From an uncultured delta proteobacterium (lineage in GTDB: Bacteria > Myxococcota_A > Polyangia > Polyangiales > JAFGIB01), in NCBI GenBank assembly GCA_963778655.1, contig CAVZVA010000009.1, forward strand, positions 192,001-256,000: a stretch of 64,000 nucleotides of DNA, in the 5' to 3' direction. This document shows, piece after piece, positions 51,846-61,125 of the stretch. Each line of letters begins with the position of its first letter. Position 1 is the stretch's first letter. Below the pieces are notes generated by a model, which saw nothing but the letters and a program-made list of their open reading frames with translations, had not been told where the DNA came from and searched no databases. Both the position numbers and the translations under genes were made by a program.

Positions 51846-52502
51846 GTGGCAGAACCGAGTGATCTCTATTTCCGGCAGCTGGCCGTGGGGCCGATGCAGA
51901 ACTTCATCTATCTGATCGGCAGCCAGCGCACGCGCGAGTGCCTGGTGGTCGACCCGGCCTGGGACAGCGCGGGACTGATCGAGTTCGCCCAGAAAGAGCA
52001 GATGCGCGTGGTCGGCGCGCTGGTCTCGCACTACCACCCCGACCACGTGGGCGGGCGCATGGGTCCGTTCGCGGTACCGGGCGGCATCACCGAGCTGATC
52101 TCGGCGCTCCCGGTCCACATCCACGTCAACAAGCACGAGGCCGACGGCTTGATCAAGATTACCGGCGCCAGCGAGAGCGATCTCGTGCGGCACGACTCGG
52201 GTGACGTGCTCGAGGTCGGCGACGTCGCGATCGAGCTGATCCACACGCCTGGACACACGCCCGGCAGCCAGTGCTTCCTGGTGCGGGACCGGCTGGTGAC
52301 CGGCGATACCCTGTTCGTCGACGGCTGCGGGCGAGTCGACCTTCCGGGCGGCGATGCCGCCCAGCTCCGCGAGAGCCTGCGCATGCTGGCCAAGCTGCCC
52401 GATGCGGTCACGGTGTGCCCGGGCCACGACTACGGCCGCACCCCGACCAACACGATGGCCGAGCAGAGGCGCAGCAACTGGGTGCTGATCGAAGCGGTGT
52501 GA
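51846..52502 (+). CDS. MBL-fold hydrolase (glyoxalase-II-like)
   Basis: SHYHPDH, HTPGHTPG, TGDTLF, PGHDY. Confidence 0.9.
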   Translation: MAEPSDLYFRQLAVGPMQNFIYLIGSQRTRECLVVDPAWDSAGLIEFAQKEQMRVVGALVSHYHPDHVGGRMGPFAVPGGITELISALPVHIHVNKHEADGLIKITGASESDLVRHDSGDVLEVGDVAIELIHTPGHTPGSQCFLVRDRLVTGDTLFVDGCGRVDLPGGDAAQLRESLRMLAKLPDAVTVCPGHDYGRTPTNTMAEQRRSNWVLIEAV

Positions 52503-52544
52503 GCGGCGGCGACGCGTGCGCTCGCCGGTGATAGAGTCCGGCGC

Positions 52545-53243
52545 GTGGCGGAGGCCGAGATCACGCGCAGAGCGCGCGCGGTGGGCGAGCGCCTGGCGCG
52601 CGCGCTGCCGGATGCACGCTGCGAGCTCGTCCACGAGAACGCGTGGCAGCTGCTGGTCGCGACCATCCTCAGCGCCCAGAGCACCGATGCCCGCGTCAAT
52701 CAGGTGGCGCCGGCGCTGTTCCGGCGCTTCCCCAACGCAGCCGCGCTCGGCGCCGCTGCGCTGCCAGAGGTGGAGCAGCTGGTACGCTCGACCGGTTTCT
52801 TCCGCAACAAGGCCAAGGCGATCGTGGGGGCCAGCCGCATGCTCGCCGAGCGTCACGGCGGCCGCGTGCCGCGCTCGCTCGACGCGCTGGTCGAGCTGCC
52901 GGGCGTGGCGCGCAAGACCGCCAACGTCGTGCTCGGCACCGCCTACGGTCTGCCGAGCGGGATCGTCGTCGACACGCACGTGGGCCGCGTCGCGCGCAAG
53001 CTCGGGCTCACCACGCAGAGCGATCCGGTGAAGGTCGAACGCGATCTGTGCGCGCTGTTTCCGAGCTCGCAGTGGATCGCCATCGGGCAGCGACTGGTGT
53101 TACACGGCCGCTACGTGTGCCTGGCGAAGAAACCGGACTGCGCGCATTGTCCGCTCAACGAGCTGTGTCCGAGCGCCGCGGCCGAGCCCGAGGGCAGCGT
53201 CGCGGCGCGCGCCGCTGCGGAGCGCAAGAAGGTGTCGCCATGA
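52545..53243 (+). CDS. nth: Endonuclease III
   Basis: [23 protein letters not shown]-x6-C-x2-C-x5-C Fe-S cluster. Confidence 0.95.
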   Translation: MAEAEITRRARAVGERLARALPDARCELVHENAWQLLVATILSAQSTDARVNQVAPALFRRFPNAAALGAAALPEVEQLVRSTGFFRNKAKAIVGASRMLAERHGGRVPRSLDALVELPGVARKTANVVLGTAYGLPSGIVVDTHVGRVARKLGLTTQSDPVKVERDLCALFPSSQWIAIGQRLVLHGRYVCLAKKPDCAHCPLNELCPSAAAEPEGSVAARAAAERKKVSP

Positions 53244-54055
53244 CCGGGACGCGACTGCCGAAGCTCGGCGAGATGCGGAGGTTGTACGTGGCGCAGGGCA
53301 GGGCGCTGCCCAAGGCGCTCGAGGCCGCGCTGCAGGCCGATCCGCGTGCCGGCGCGCGCGCCGTGCTGGAGGCGGTGCAGCGCCGGCGGCGCGCGCGCCG
53401 TGCCGAGGCGCAGCGCCTGCGCCGGCTGTGCCGTTACGAGCGCGAGCTGTGGGCGCAGGGCGTGCTGCGCATCGCCGGCGTGGATGAGGCGGGCATGAGC
53501 CCGCTGGCCGGTCCGGTGGTCGCCGCGGCCGCTGTGCTGCCGGTCGGCTACCGCCGCGCCGGGATCGACGACTCGAAGAAGCTCGGCCCGCGGCAGCGCG
53601 AGGAGCTGGCGCTGCACATCAAGCACGAAGCGCTGGCGTGGGCGGTGGGCGTGGCCGAGCCCGACGAGATCGACCGCATCAACATCTACCGCGCGGGGCT
53701 GCTCGCGATGCGGCGCGCGGTCGAGGCGCTGGCGCTGCGCCCCGACTATCTGCTGATCGACGCGCGCTCGTTGCGCGAGCTGGCGATCCCGCAGCGCGGC
53801 ATCATCGGCGGCGACGCCGCGAGCATCTCGATCGCGGCTGCTTCGATCCTGGCCAAGACCACGCGCGACGCCCGCATGCGCGAGCTCGACGCGCGCTATC
53901 CCGGCTACGGATTCGCGCGCCACAAGGGCTACCCGGTGCGCGCGCACGTGCGCGCAATTGCGGAGCGCGGGGTGTCGCCGATCCACAGGCGCTCGTTCGC
54001 GCCGGTGCGCGAGGCGCTCGGGCTCGAGCCGGCGCAAACCGAGCTGCCGGTCTGA
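53240..54055 (+). CDS. rnhB: Ribonuclease HII
   Basis: [35 protein letters not shown]. Confidence 0.93.
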   Translation: MTGTRLPKLGEMRRLYVAQGRALPKALEAALQADPRAGARAVLEAVQRRRRARRAEAQRLRRLCRYERELWAQGVLRIAGVDEAGMSPLAGPVVAAAAVLPVGYRRAGIDDSKKLGPRQREELALHIKHEALAWAVGVAEPDEIDRINIYRAGLLAMRRAVEALALRPDYLLIDARSLRELAIPQRGIIGGDAASISIAAASILAKTTRDARMRELDARYPGYGFARHKGYPVRAHVRAIAERGVSPIHRRSFAPVREALGLEPAQTELPV

Positions 54056-54328
54056 AGCAAGAGCAAAAGCATATAGAAAGCTAAGCAGCGCGAGCAGCGG
54101 GCGTCGCGCGCGTGCCGAATCGGGTCGCGGGCGGCCAAAGCAGGGGCCCCATGAGCCATTTCAGACATCTCTCGACCACTGATCCCGTGGGTTGGTCGTG
54201 GGACGTGAAGTCAGGTTGCGCGTCGCAGAGGTCGAGCCATCGCTCGAGTCGGTTGCACATGCGCGCACAGCCTCGCGCCACGTCAATGCTTGAGCTATGT
54301 TCAAGCGCTGTACGAGGAGACTCTGGGT

Positions 54329-56539
54329 ATGGTGAGCAAGCGTGGGTGGATTGGGTTGGCGGTCGTGTGCGCATTGTGGGCCGGCAGCGGCTGCTCGGGC
54401 GCAGCCGACTCGTCGAATGGGCGCAACGACACGAATCCGATGGCCAACGGCACGGGCGGTGCGGGCGGCATCGCCAGCGGCACCGGCGGGACGGCCGACT
54501 TCGGCAACAATCAAGGCAGCAACGTGCCGCCCGGCACGGTGATGATGGCGCCGCCTCCACCGACCATCGATCCGTCGGCCGCGCCCTATGCTCAGGACGA
54601 CACCGCGATGAGCGGGCTCGATCCCAACACCATCACCGCGCTCAAGGGTGGCGGTGGAGCCTGCGCCGTCACCGTGACCTACCCCTACGAGGGCACGATG
54701 TTCCCCGGCGGCCTGGCCTCCCCGATCATCATGTGGACGGGCGCGGCCGACGCCGTCTACGTGCACTTCACCTACGACCAGAGCGACAAGGTCGACTACC
54801 AATTCGCCGCGGCGGGTGCAAACCCCGGTGAGCTCCAGATTCCGCGCACCGCCTGGAACGAGATTACGCGCCGCACCAACAACCAGAACCTCAACGTCAC
54901 GCTCAACACCATCAGCGGCGGCACGGTCGGCAGCTGCGCGATGCACTGGCGCATCGCGCCTGGCAACATGGTCGGCGCCATCTACTACAACACCTACCAA
55001 GCCCCGCCACCGGGCGTGATGGACGAGGGCGCGGTGATGCAGCTCTCGCTGGGCTCGACGGCGGTGATCTACAAGCAGTTCACCGGCACCATCAACGCCG
55101 TCCCCTCCGAGGGCCCATGCTACTCGTGCCATTCGGTCTCCTTCGACGGGAGGACGCTGGTCGCGTCCTTCCACGACTACAGCCTCAAGCAGTTTCACGT
55201 CGAGAAGTACGACGTGACGATGATGACGCAACCGATGGCGACGGGCATGGTCAACAACGCCAACTTCGGCGCGCTGACGCCGAAGGGCGATCGCATCCTG
55301 GCGATGGGCAATCCCGAGTGCACCGCCGGCTCCGACACCTTCCCGCGCAAGCCGAACAACTTCCCCCTGGTCGAAGGTCCCGCGGTGGCGCGCGTGCTCG
55401 ACACGGCGACCGGCATGGACACCGGCGCCCAGGGCCTGAACCCGGACTACTACATGTGGATGCCACAGTTCTCGCCCAACGGCGACAAGGTCGTGTTCAA
55501 CCACGCCAAGCCCGACGGCCAAGGCGGCACCGACCGGCGTGAGCTGGCGATCATGGACTACGACGACGCCAGCAACACCTTCTCCAACCTGCAGGTGATC
55601 GTGTCGGCCGGCAGCATGCCGGGAATCGTCGCGCCCTCGACCGACTATTCGCCCGTGCCTGCGCTCGCCGGCCAGGTGCCGTGCGGCGTGGACATGTGCG
55701 GGCCCGACCCGATGTCGACCACCGCGTGCGATCCGAGCATGCTGCCGATACCGGGCATTCCCGGCGACGTCGGGGCGATTCCCGGCGGTAGCTGCACCGG
55801 CCCATGCTATCCGGCCTGGCCGTTCTTCACGCCGGACGGCAAGGCCGTGGTGTTCTCGATGATCAGCGAGCCCGACTTCGCGCAGGCCTTCCCCGGGCGC
55901 GATACGCCGTCGCTGAGCGAGCTGTGGTACGTCGATCTCGACACGCTGGAGACGGTGCGGCTGGACAACGCCAACACCGGTCTCAAGGACATCGACAAGC
56001 TCAACAACTACTACCCGACCGTGATGCCCGTCGCCGTCGGCGGCTACTTCTGGGTGTTCTGGACGGCGGTGCGCGACTACGGCGACAAGCTCGCCGGGCG
56101 TGACCCGAACATGGCCGTCAGCGACGCGATCGCCGAGGCGATCAAGAAGCGCATCTGGGTGGCCGCGATCAAGCCCAAGCTCCCGCCGGTCATGACCGGC
56201 GAGGTGCAGACCGTCCCGCAGACTGGACCGCTCACCGATCCCAGCTTGCCGGGCTTCTATCTCGACGGCCAGAGCGAGTCGGGCAACGTGCGCGCCTTCG
56301 CCGCGCTCAACCCGTGCCTGGACAACGGTGCTACCTGCACCAGCGGCCTGGACTGTTGTTGCGGCTACTGCCTGGAGGACGACGGTCAGACGCAGGGCAC
56401 CTGCAGCTGCGAGGTGCCCAAGTGCGCCAAGATCAACGACAAGTGCACGACGAACGCCGACTGCTGTCCCCCGTTGCACGAAACCGATTCCACGCCGCTG
56501 TGCATCGGCGGCTTCTGCAACTTCATCGCTCCGAGATAG
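54329..56539 (+). CDS. Secreted TolB-like (PD40) beta-propeller lipoprotein with CxxCH and Cys-rich tail
   Basis: RBS gaggag, lipobox SGC, PQFSPNG and PFFTPDG, CYSCH, tail CTSGLDCCCGYC...CTTNADCC. Confidence 0.8.
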   Translation: MVSKRGWIGLAVVCALWAGSGCSGAADSSNGRNDTNPMANGTGGAGGIASGTGGTADFGNNQGSNVPPGTVMMAPPPPTIDPSAAPYAQDDTAMSGLDPNTITALKGGGGACAVTVTYPYEGTMFPGGLASPIIMWTGAADAVYVHFTYDQSDKVDYQFAAAGANPGELQIPRTAWNEITRRTNNQNLNVTLNTISGGTVGSCAMHWRIAPGNMVGAIYYNTYQAPPPGVMDEGAVMQLSLGSTAVIYKQFTGTINAVPSEGPCYSCHSVSFDGRTLVASFHDYSLKQFHVEKYDVTMMTQPMATGMVNNANFGALTPKGDRILAMGNPECTAGSDTFPRKPNNFPLVEGPAVARVLDTATGMDTGAQGLNPDYYMWMPQFSPNGDKVVFNHAKPDGQGGTDRRELAIMDYDDASNTFSNLQVIVSAGSMPGIVAPSTDYSPVPALAGQVPCGVDMCGPDPMSTTACDPSMLPIPGIPGDVGAIPGGSCTGPCYPAWPFFTPDGKAVVFSMISEPDFAQAFPGRDTPSLSELWYVDLDTLETVRLDNANTGLKDIDKLNNYYPTVMPVAVGGYFWVFWTAVRDYGDKLAGRDPNMAVSDAIAEAIKKRIWVAAIKPKLPPVMTGEVQTVPQTGPLTDPSLPGFYLDGQSESGNVRAFAALNPCLDNGATCTSGLDCCCGYCLEDDGQTQGTCSCEVPKCAKINDKCTTNADCCPPLHETDSTPLCIGGFCNFIAPR

Positions 56540-56728
56540 CGTAAGGGAGCCGCCCCGTGCAGGGCTGCGGCCGCGGCTCCGGCAGTGTCGCGCGCGCCCG
56601 ACGGGCGCGCGTTGACTTCGCCGCACATCGGGGGCGGGTGCCTTCTCGGACGCACCTCGGCTCCACGCTCATCGGGACCAATCCATGCTTTGGTGATCGT
56701 GGAATGTTACACTTCGATTAACTCGCCG

Positions 56729-57283
56729 ATGCGCGCCGCCCGACGACAGATGGCTTTCACCCTGATCGAGCTGATGGTGGTCGTGGCCATCCTGGGGGTT
56801 CTGGCCGCCATCGCGATCCCGAGCTTCACCTCGTACGTCCGCCGCGCGCGTTCGAGCGAGGCGGTGCAGAACCTCAGCACGTTGTACGCTTCGGCGGCCG
56901 CGCTCTACCTCTGGGAGCGGGCCGAACGCGGCGTTACCGCCACGGTGGTGACCAGCTGCATCGCCGAGCCGACGCCGCGCACGCCCAGCGTGCCTGGCCG
57001 CGAAAAGCAGCCGTTCGTGTCCGTGGGGGGCTTCCTGCAGCTGGGCTTCAAGCTGGCGGACCTGGTCTACTACGGCTATGGCTTCGACAGCGTGGGCACC
57101 GTGGGCAAGCTCGCCTGCTTTCCGGGCGGGCTCGGCAACAGCCCCAACCTCTACACCTTCTATGCCAACGGCGATCTCGACGGGGACGGCACGCTGAGCA
57201 CGTTCGAGCTCGCGGTAGGCTCGAGCGAGACCAATCAGCTCTACCACTCACGCGGAATGTACATCGTCAACGAGACCGAGTGA
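56729..57283 (+). CDS. Type IV pilin-like protein
   Basis: Class III signal RRQMA|FTLIELMVVVAILGVLAAIAIP; GDLDGDG near the C-terminus. Confidence 0.92.
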   Translation: MRAARRQMAFTLIELMVVVAILGVLAAIAIPSFTSYVRRARSSEAVQNLSTLYASAAALYLWERAERGVTATVVTSCIAEPTPRTPSVPGREKQPFVSVGGFLQLGFKLADLVYYGYGFDSVGTVGKLACFPGGLGNSPNLYTFYANGDLDGDGTLSTFELAVGSSETNQLYHSRGMYIVNETE

Positions 57284-57294
57284 CCGCGGCGGGC

Positions 57295-57528
57295 TCAGCG
57301 TCGCGGCGGCGTCGAGCTGAGCCGCGCGCGCGAGGACTCCTTGCTGAGCAAGAACTTGCCGTCGCGGCGGATCAGGCGATAGCGGGTTCCTTCGTTGAGC
57401 TCGACGTGGACACCGCCTCCGCTCTTGACGATCTCGGCGAGCAACGCCAGCACATCCGCGTCGCTGAGCGCCACCCCGGCCAGGCTGCTCAGCTTGCTGC
57501 GAATGTATTCGAGGTCTGTTTCGGTCAC
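57295..57528 (-). CDS. Small hypothetical protein (77 aa)
   Basis: GTG start; VTETDLEYIRSKLSSLAG...RYRLIRRDGKFLL has normal protein composition. Confidence 0.55.
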   Translation of the reverse strand: MTETDLEYIRSKLSSLAGVALSDADVLALLAEIVKSGGGVHVELNEGTRYRLIRRDGKFLLSKESSRARLSSTPPRR

Positions 57529-57789
57529 GCCTGTCGCGCCTCGAGGCAATCCACTCACGGTAATACGGCCTTTTTCGCGGAAAGCCAAGCGTGCGGTCAC
57601 GCGGCTCAGCGCCCCGTGCCGCGTCGTCCGAGCACGTGATGCAAGCGCGAGGCTAGGGTCTTGAAGCAGTGCCAGCGCGATTTCCGATTCGGTGCCGACC
57701 AGCCCCGCGCAGGTGCCGATCGCGTGCCCCTCCACCACGGTTGCTTCTTGAGCGCGTCGTAGTATTCCACCGGCGGAAAGGCCGTCTCG

Positions 57790-58872
57790 ATGCCGACGCG
57801 CAGCTTGCCATCCTTGAACGCGCCCCAGCTCGAGGCGGTCGCGCCGTCGCAACCCGGTGCCGACGCTGCAACCCGGGAAACACGCGCGGCCGAGGCAGCC
57901 GCCAAGATCGTGGTGCTCGATGCGCACACCCTCAACCCGGGCGACCTGAGCTGGGCGCCGCTGCAGGCGCTCGGGCCGTGCGAGATCCACGCGCGCAGCG
58001 AGCGGGCAGAGAGCGTGGCGCGCGCGGCGGGCGCCGCGATCGTGCTGACCAACAAGACGCCGCTCGGTCGCGCGGAGCTCGGCGCGCTGCCGCAGCTGCG
58101 CTACGTCGGGGTGCTCGCCACCGGCTACGACGTGGTGGACGTGCGGGCCGCGGGCGAGCGCGGGGTGGTGGTGTGCAACGTGCCGGCGTACGGGACCGCG
58201 TCAGTCGCGCAGATGACGTTCGCGCTGCTGCTGGAGCTGTGCGATCAGGTCGGATTGCACGCCGAGGCCGCGCGCGCGGGGCGCTGGAGCGCGAGCGGGG
58301 AGTTCTCCTATCGCGAGCGGCCGCTGCTGGAGCTGTCCGGGCTCACACTGGGGCTGGTCGGCCTGGGGCGCATCGGTCAAGCGGTCGCGCGCATCGGTGC
58401 GGCGTTCGGCATGCAGCTGCTCGCCGTCTCCAGCCGGCTGCCACCGCCCGATCTCGTGCTGGAGCAATGCGCTCTGCCGGAGCTGTTCGAGCGGGCGGAC
58501 GTGGTCAGCTTGCACTGCCCGCTGGTCAAAGAGACCGCCGGGATGGTCGGCGCCGAGCTGCTCGGGCGGATGAAGCCGAGCGCGCTGCTGATCAACACCG
58601 CGCGCGGCGCGCTGATCGACGAGCTCGCGCTGGCCCGGGCGCTCGAGCGCGGCGCGCTCGGCGGCGCGGCGCTCGATGTGCTCGCGGTCGAGCCGCCGCC
58701 CGCGGACCACCCGCTGCTGCACGCGCCCCGCTGCCTGGTCACCCCGCACATCGCCTGGGCCACCCGCGCCTCCCGCGCCCGCCTGCTCGACATCGCGATC
58801 GACAACGTGCGCGCCTTCCTATCCGGCACCCCGCGCAACGTGGTCTCGCCCGCCACGCCATCCCAGTCGTAG
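57790..58872 (+). CDS. D-2-hydroxyacid (glycerate) dehydrogenase; start uncertain
   Basis: KIVVLDAHTLNPGDL, GLGRIG, SLHCP, INTARG, LDV...EPP, TPHIAW. Confidence 0.92.
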   Translation: MPTRSLPSLNAPQLEAVAPSQPGADAATRETRAAEAAAKIVVLDAHTLNPGDLSWAPLQALGPCEIHARSERAESVARAAGAAIVLTNKTPLGRAELGALPQLRYVGVLATGYDVVDVRAAGERGVVVCNVPAYGTASVAQMTFALLLELCDQVGLHAEAARAGRWSASGEFSYRERPLLELSGLTLGLVGLGRIGQAVARIGAAFGMQLLAVSSRLPPPDLVLEQCALPELFERADVVSLHCPLVKETAGMVGAELLGRMKPSALLINTARGALIDELALARALERGALGGAALDVLAVEPPPADHPLLHAPRCLVTPHIAWATRASRARLLDIAIDNVRAFLSGTPRNVVSPATPSQS

Positions 58873-58947
58873 TCGTCGTCGGTCGTGGCCGCATCGCGTA
58901 CGACTACGAGCGCGATCGTCTTCGTAGTCGTGCGGGTCCTCGTCCTC
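58867..58947. repeat. Low-complexity TCGTAG/CTACGA palindromic repeat between convergent genes
   Basis: tcgtagtcgt (58867-76), acgactacga (58900-09), tcgtagtcgt (58922-31). Confidence 0.65.
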
Positions 58948-58955
58948 AAACCCCC

Positions 58956-60101
58956 TCACAGCCCCTCGAAGCCGTGCTCCAGCAGCCCCTTGGCCAGGCT
59001 TGCGCGCAGCACGTCGGATGCGCCCTCCGCCAGCAGCAGCGCCTGCAGCTCGCGGTGCAGGCGCTCGAGCGGGTGCCCCGTGACCAGCGCCTGTCCGCCT
59101 TCGAGCGCGATCGCGCGGTCGACCACCTGCAGCGCGCTCTCGGTGCACAGCACCTTGGCGGCGAGCGCCTGGTTGCGCGCGTCCTGCCCCAGCGCGTGCA
59201 GGCGCGCGCTGCGGTACAGCACGCTGCGGCCGGCGTAGACCGCGATCGCCATGTCCGCGAGCCGCAGGCGCACCGCGGCATCGTCGCCCAGCGGCGGGCC
59301 GCTCGCGCGCGGCTGGCTCACGCGCCTGCGCGCGTGGGCGAGCGCGTGCTGCGCGGCTCCGCTGGCTCGCGCCGCCACCTGCAGCCGCACGGTCGCAAGG
59401 CCCTGCTGCGTGCGCGTCGCGCCGCTCCTGTCTTCGGGCAGCAGGCGCTGCTCCGGCACGCGCACATCGTGCAGCGCGAGCTCCACGTGATGGCTGCCGT
59501 CGAGGCTCTGGAAGCGCCGCTCGATGGTCAAGCCCGGCGTGTCGCGGTCCACGACCACGAGCGCGCGCGGCCCCGGCTCGCCCGAAGGCTGCACCAGTTG
59601 TGCCAGCACCAGGTAGAAGTCCGCGTCTGCGCCCCCGGTCACGTAGGACTTGCGGCCGTTCAGACACAGCGTGCCGCCCGCGCGCTGCGCCCGCGTGGGC
59701 GGCACGTCGCGCGGCTCCGTGATCGCGAGCGCGCCGCGCTTGTCGCCCCCCAGCAGCGGCAGCAGATAGCGCTCGCGCAGCACGCCCTCCACGCCCGCGA
59801 GCAGCCCTGGACCCGGCCCCAGCGCGAAGCGCGCCAGCCGCAGACCGCTGCGCGCGAGCGCCTCGATCACGATCACACGCTCCAGCGCAGCGGCTTCCGC
59901 GCCGCCCTCAGCGGCTGGCTGTAGCAGGCCGTACAGCCCGGCACGCCGCGCACGCGCCACTGTTTCCTGGCGCGCGGCGGGCGGCACCTCGGCTCCCGGT
60001 TCCTGCGGCAGCGTCTGCTCCAGCGGCGCCAGCTCCTGCGTCACGAAGGCCTCGACGCGGGCGAGCAGCACGCGCTGCTCCGGGCTGAGCATCTCCGGCA
60101 T
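58956..60101 (-). CDS. Acyl-CoA dehydrogenase family protein
   Basis: AITEP, LNGRKSYVTGG, AAKVLCTE, VVDRAIALEGG, AEGASDV. Confidence 0.9.
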   Translation of the reverse strand: MPEMLSPEQRVLLARVEAFVTQELAPLEQTLPQEPGAEVPPAARQETVARARRAGLYGLLQPAAEGGAEAAALERVIVIEALARSGLRLARFALGPGPGLLAGVEGVLRERYLLPLLGGDKRGALAITEPRDVPPTRAQRAGGTLCLNGRKSYVTGGADADFYLVLAQLVQPSGEPGPRALVVVDRDTPGLTIERRFQSLDGSHHVELALHDVRVPEQRLLPEDRSGATRTQQGLATVRLQVAARASGAAQHALAHARRRVSQPRASGPPLGDDAAVRLRLADMAIAVYAGRSVLYRSARLHALGQDARNQALAAKVLCTESALQVVDRAIALEGGQALVTGHPLERLHRELQALLLAEGASDVLRASLAKGLLEHGFEGL

Positions 60102-60203
60102 GGCGCGATGGTTGCACCGGGCCGGCGGCGCGCACAACCCGCTTGACGGCCAGGCGCCCGGCTCTGTAATGCTGCGCGGGCGCGCCTGCGCGAAGATCCG
60201 GAG

Positions 60204-60998
60204 ATGAGCAGCCACTTCGACCGCGACACCGCGCTGCAGCCGTTGGGCGAGGGCCGCTTCGCGGGCAGCATAAGCCGCGACTTCTGGGTTCAATCCGGTC
60301 CCAACGGCGGCTACCTCTCGGCGATCGCGTTGCGCGGCGCGAGCGCGCTGGTGCCCGAGCCCGAGCGCATCGCGCGCTCGCTGCACGTGCGCTTTCTGAC
60401 GCCCCCCAAGGCCGGCGGCTTCGAGCTGCACGCGCAGAGCGTGCGCCAGGGTCGCTCGATGACCACGATCGGGGTGCGCATGCGCCAGGCTGGCCACGAC
60501 TTCCTGCTGGCCAGCGCCAGCTTCAGCACGCCGTTCTCGTCGATCGCGTTCCAGGACTGCCGCATGCCGCAGGCGCTTCCGCTTGCGCAGAGCGAGCCGG
60601 TCGACAAGCAAATCGCGCTCAATCAGCGCTACGACATGCGGCGCGCGATCGGCGATGCCTCCCGCAGCGGCGAGCGCGCGCTGAGCGGCGGCTACCTGCG
60701 CTTCGCGGATCCGCGTCCGGTCGACGCGCTGTCGCTGGCGGCGATGTGGGACGCGTGGCCGCCCGCGGTGTTCGCGCGCAAGCTTGAGCAGCGCTTCCGC
60801 GGCGCCGCCCCCACGGTCGAGGCCAGCGTGTACTTCAGGCGCGCGCTGCCGCTGCCAGGAGCCACGCCCACCGACTGGGTGCTGCTGCGCGTCGAGAGCA
60901 GCATGGCGCTCGACGGTTTCGTGGAGGAGAGCGCCGAGATCTGGTCGCTCGACGGCTTGCTGCTGATGCAGAGCCGCCAGCTGGTGTTGCTGCTGTGA
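60204..60998 (+). CDS. TesB-like double-hotdog thioesterase
   Basis: GPNGGYL, DAWPPA, IWSLDG..LMQSRQ. Confidence 0.85.
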   Translation: MSSHFDRDTALQPLGEGRFAGSISRDFWVQSGPNGGYLSAIALRGASALVPEPERIARSLHVRFLTPPKAGGFELHAQSVRQGRSMTTIGVRMRQAGHDFLLASASFSTPFSSIAFQDCRMPQALPLAQSEPVDKQIALNQRYDMRRAIGDASRSGERALSGGYLRFADPRPVDALSLAAMWDAWPPAVFARKLEQRFRGAAPTVEASVYFRRALPLPGATPTDWVLLRVESSMALDGFVEESAEIWSLDGLLLMQSRQLVLLL

Positions 60999-61000
60999 CC

Positions 61001-61022
61001 GGGAGGGGCACGCGCCCCTCCC
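61001..61022. terminator. GC-rich hairpin just after the thioesterase stop
   Basis: gggaggggc-acgc-gcccctccc perfect 9-bp stem; no U-tract. Confidence 0.4.
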
Positions 61023-61125
61023 GCCCGCGGCCCTGCGGGCGAAGCCGTTGGGGCCCCACCCACCCGCGTGGCTCGCTCTGCTCGCACGCGGGCGCAGCGC
61101 GGAGCGCGCGCCCCTCCCTCCCGCT

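Noticed and set aside
56670..56690. Sigma-54 promoter upstream of the pilin gene
   Set aside because: Only GG-N10-GC spacing matches; the TGGCAC half is poor.
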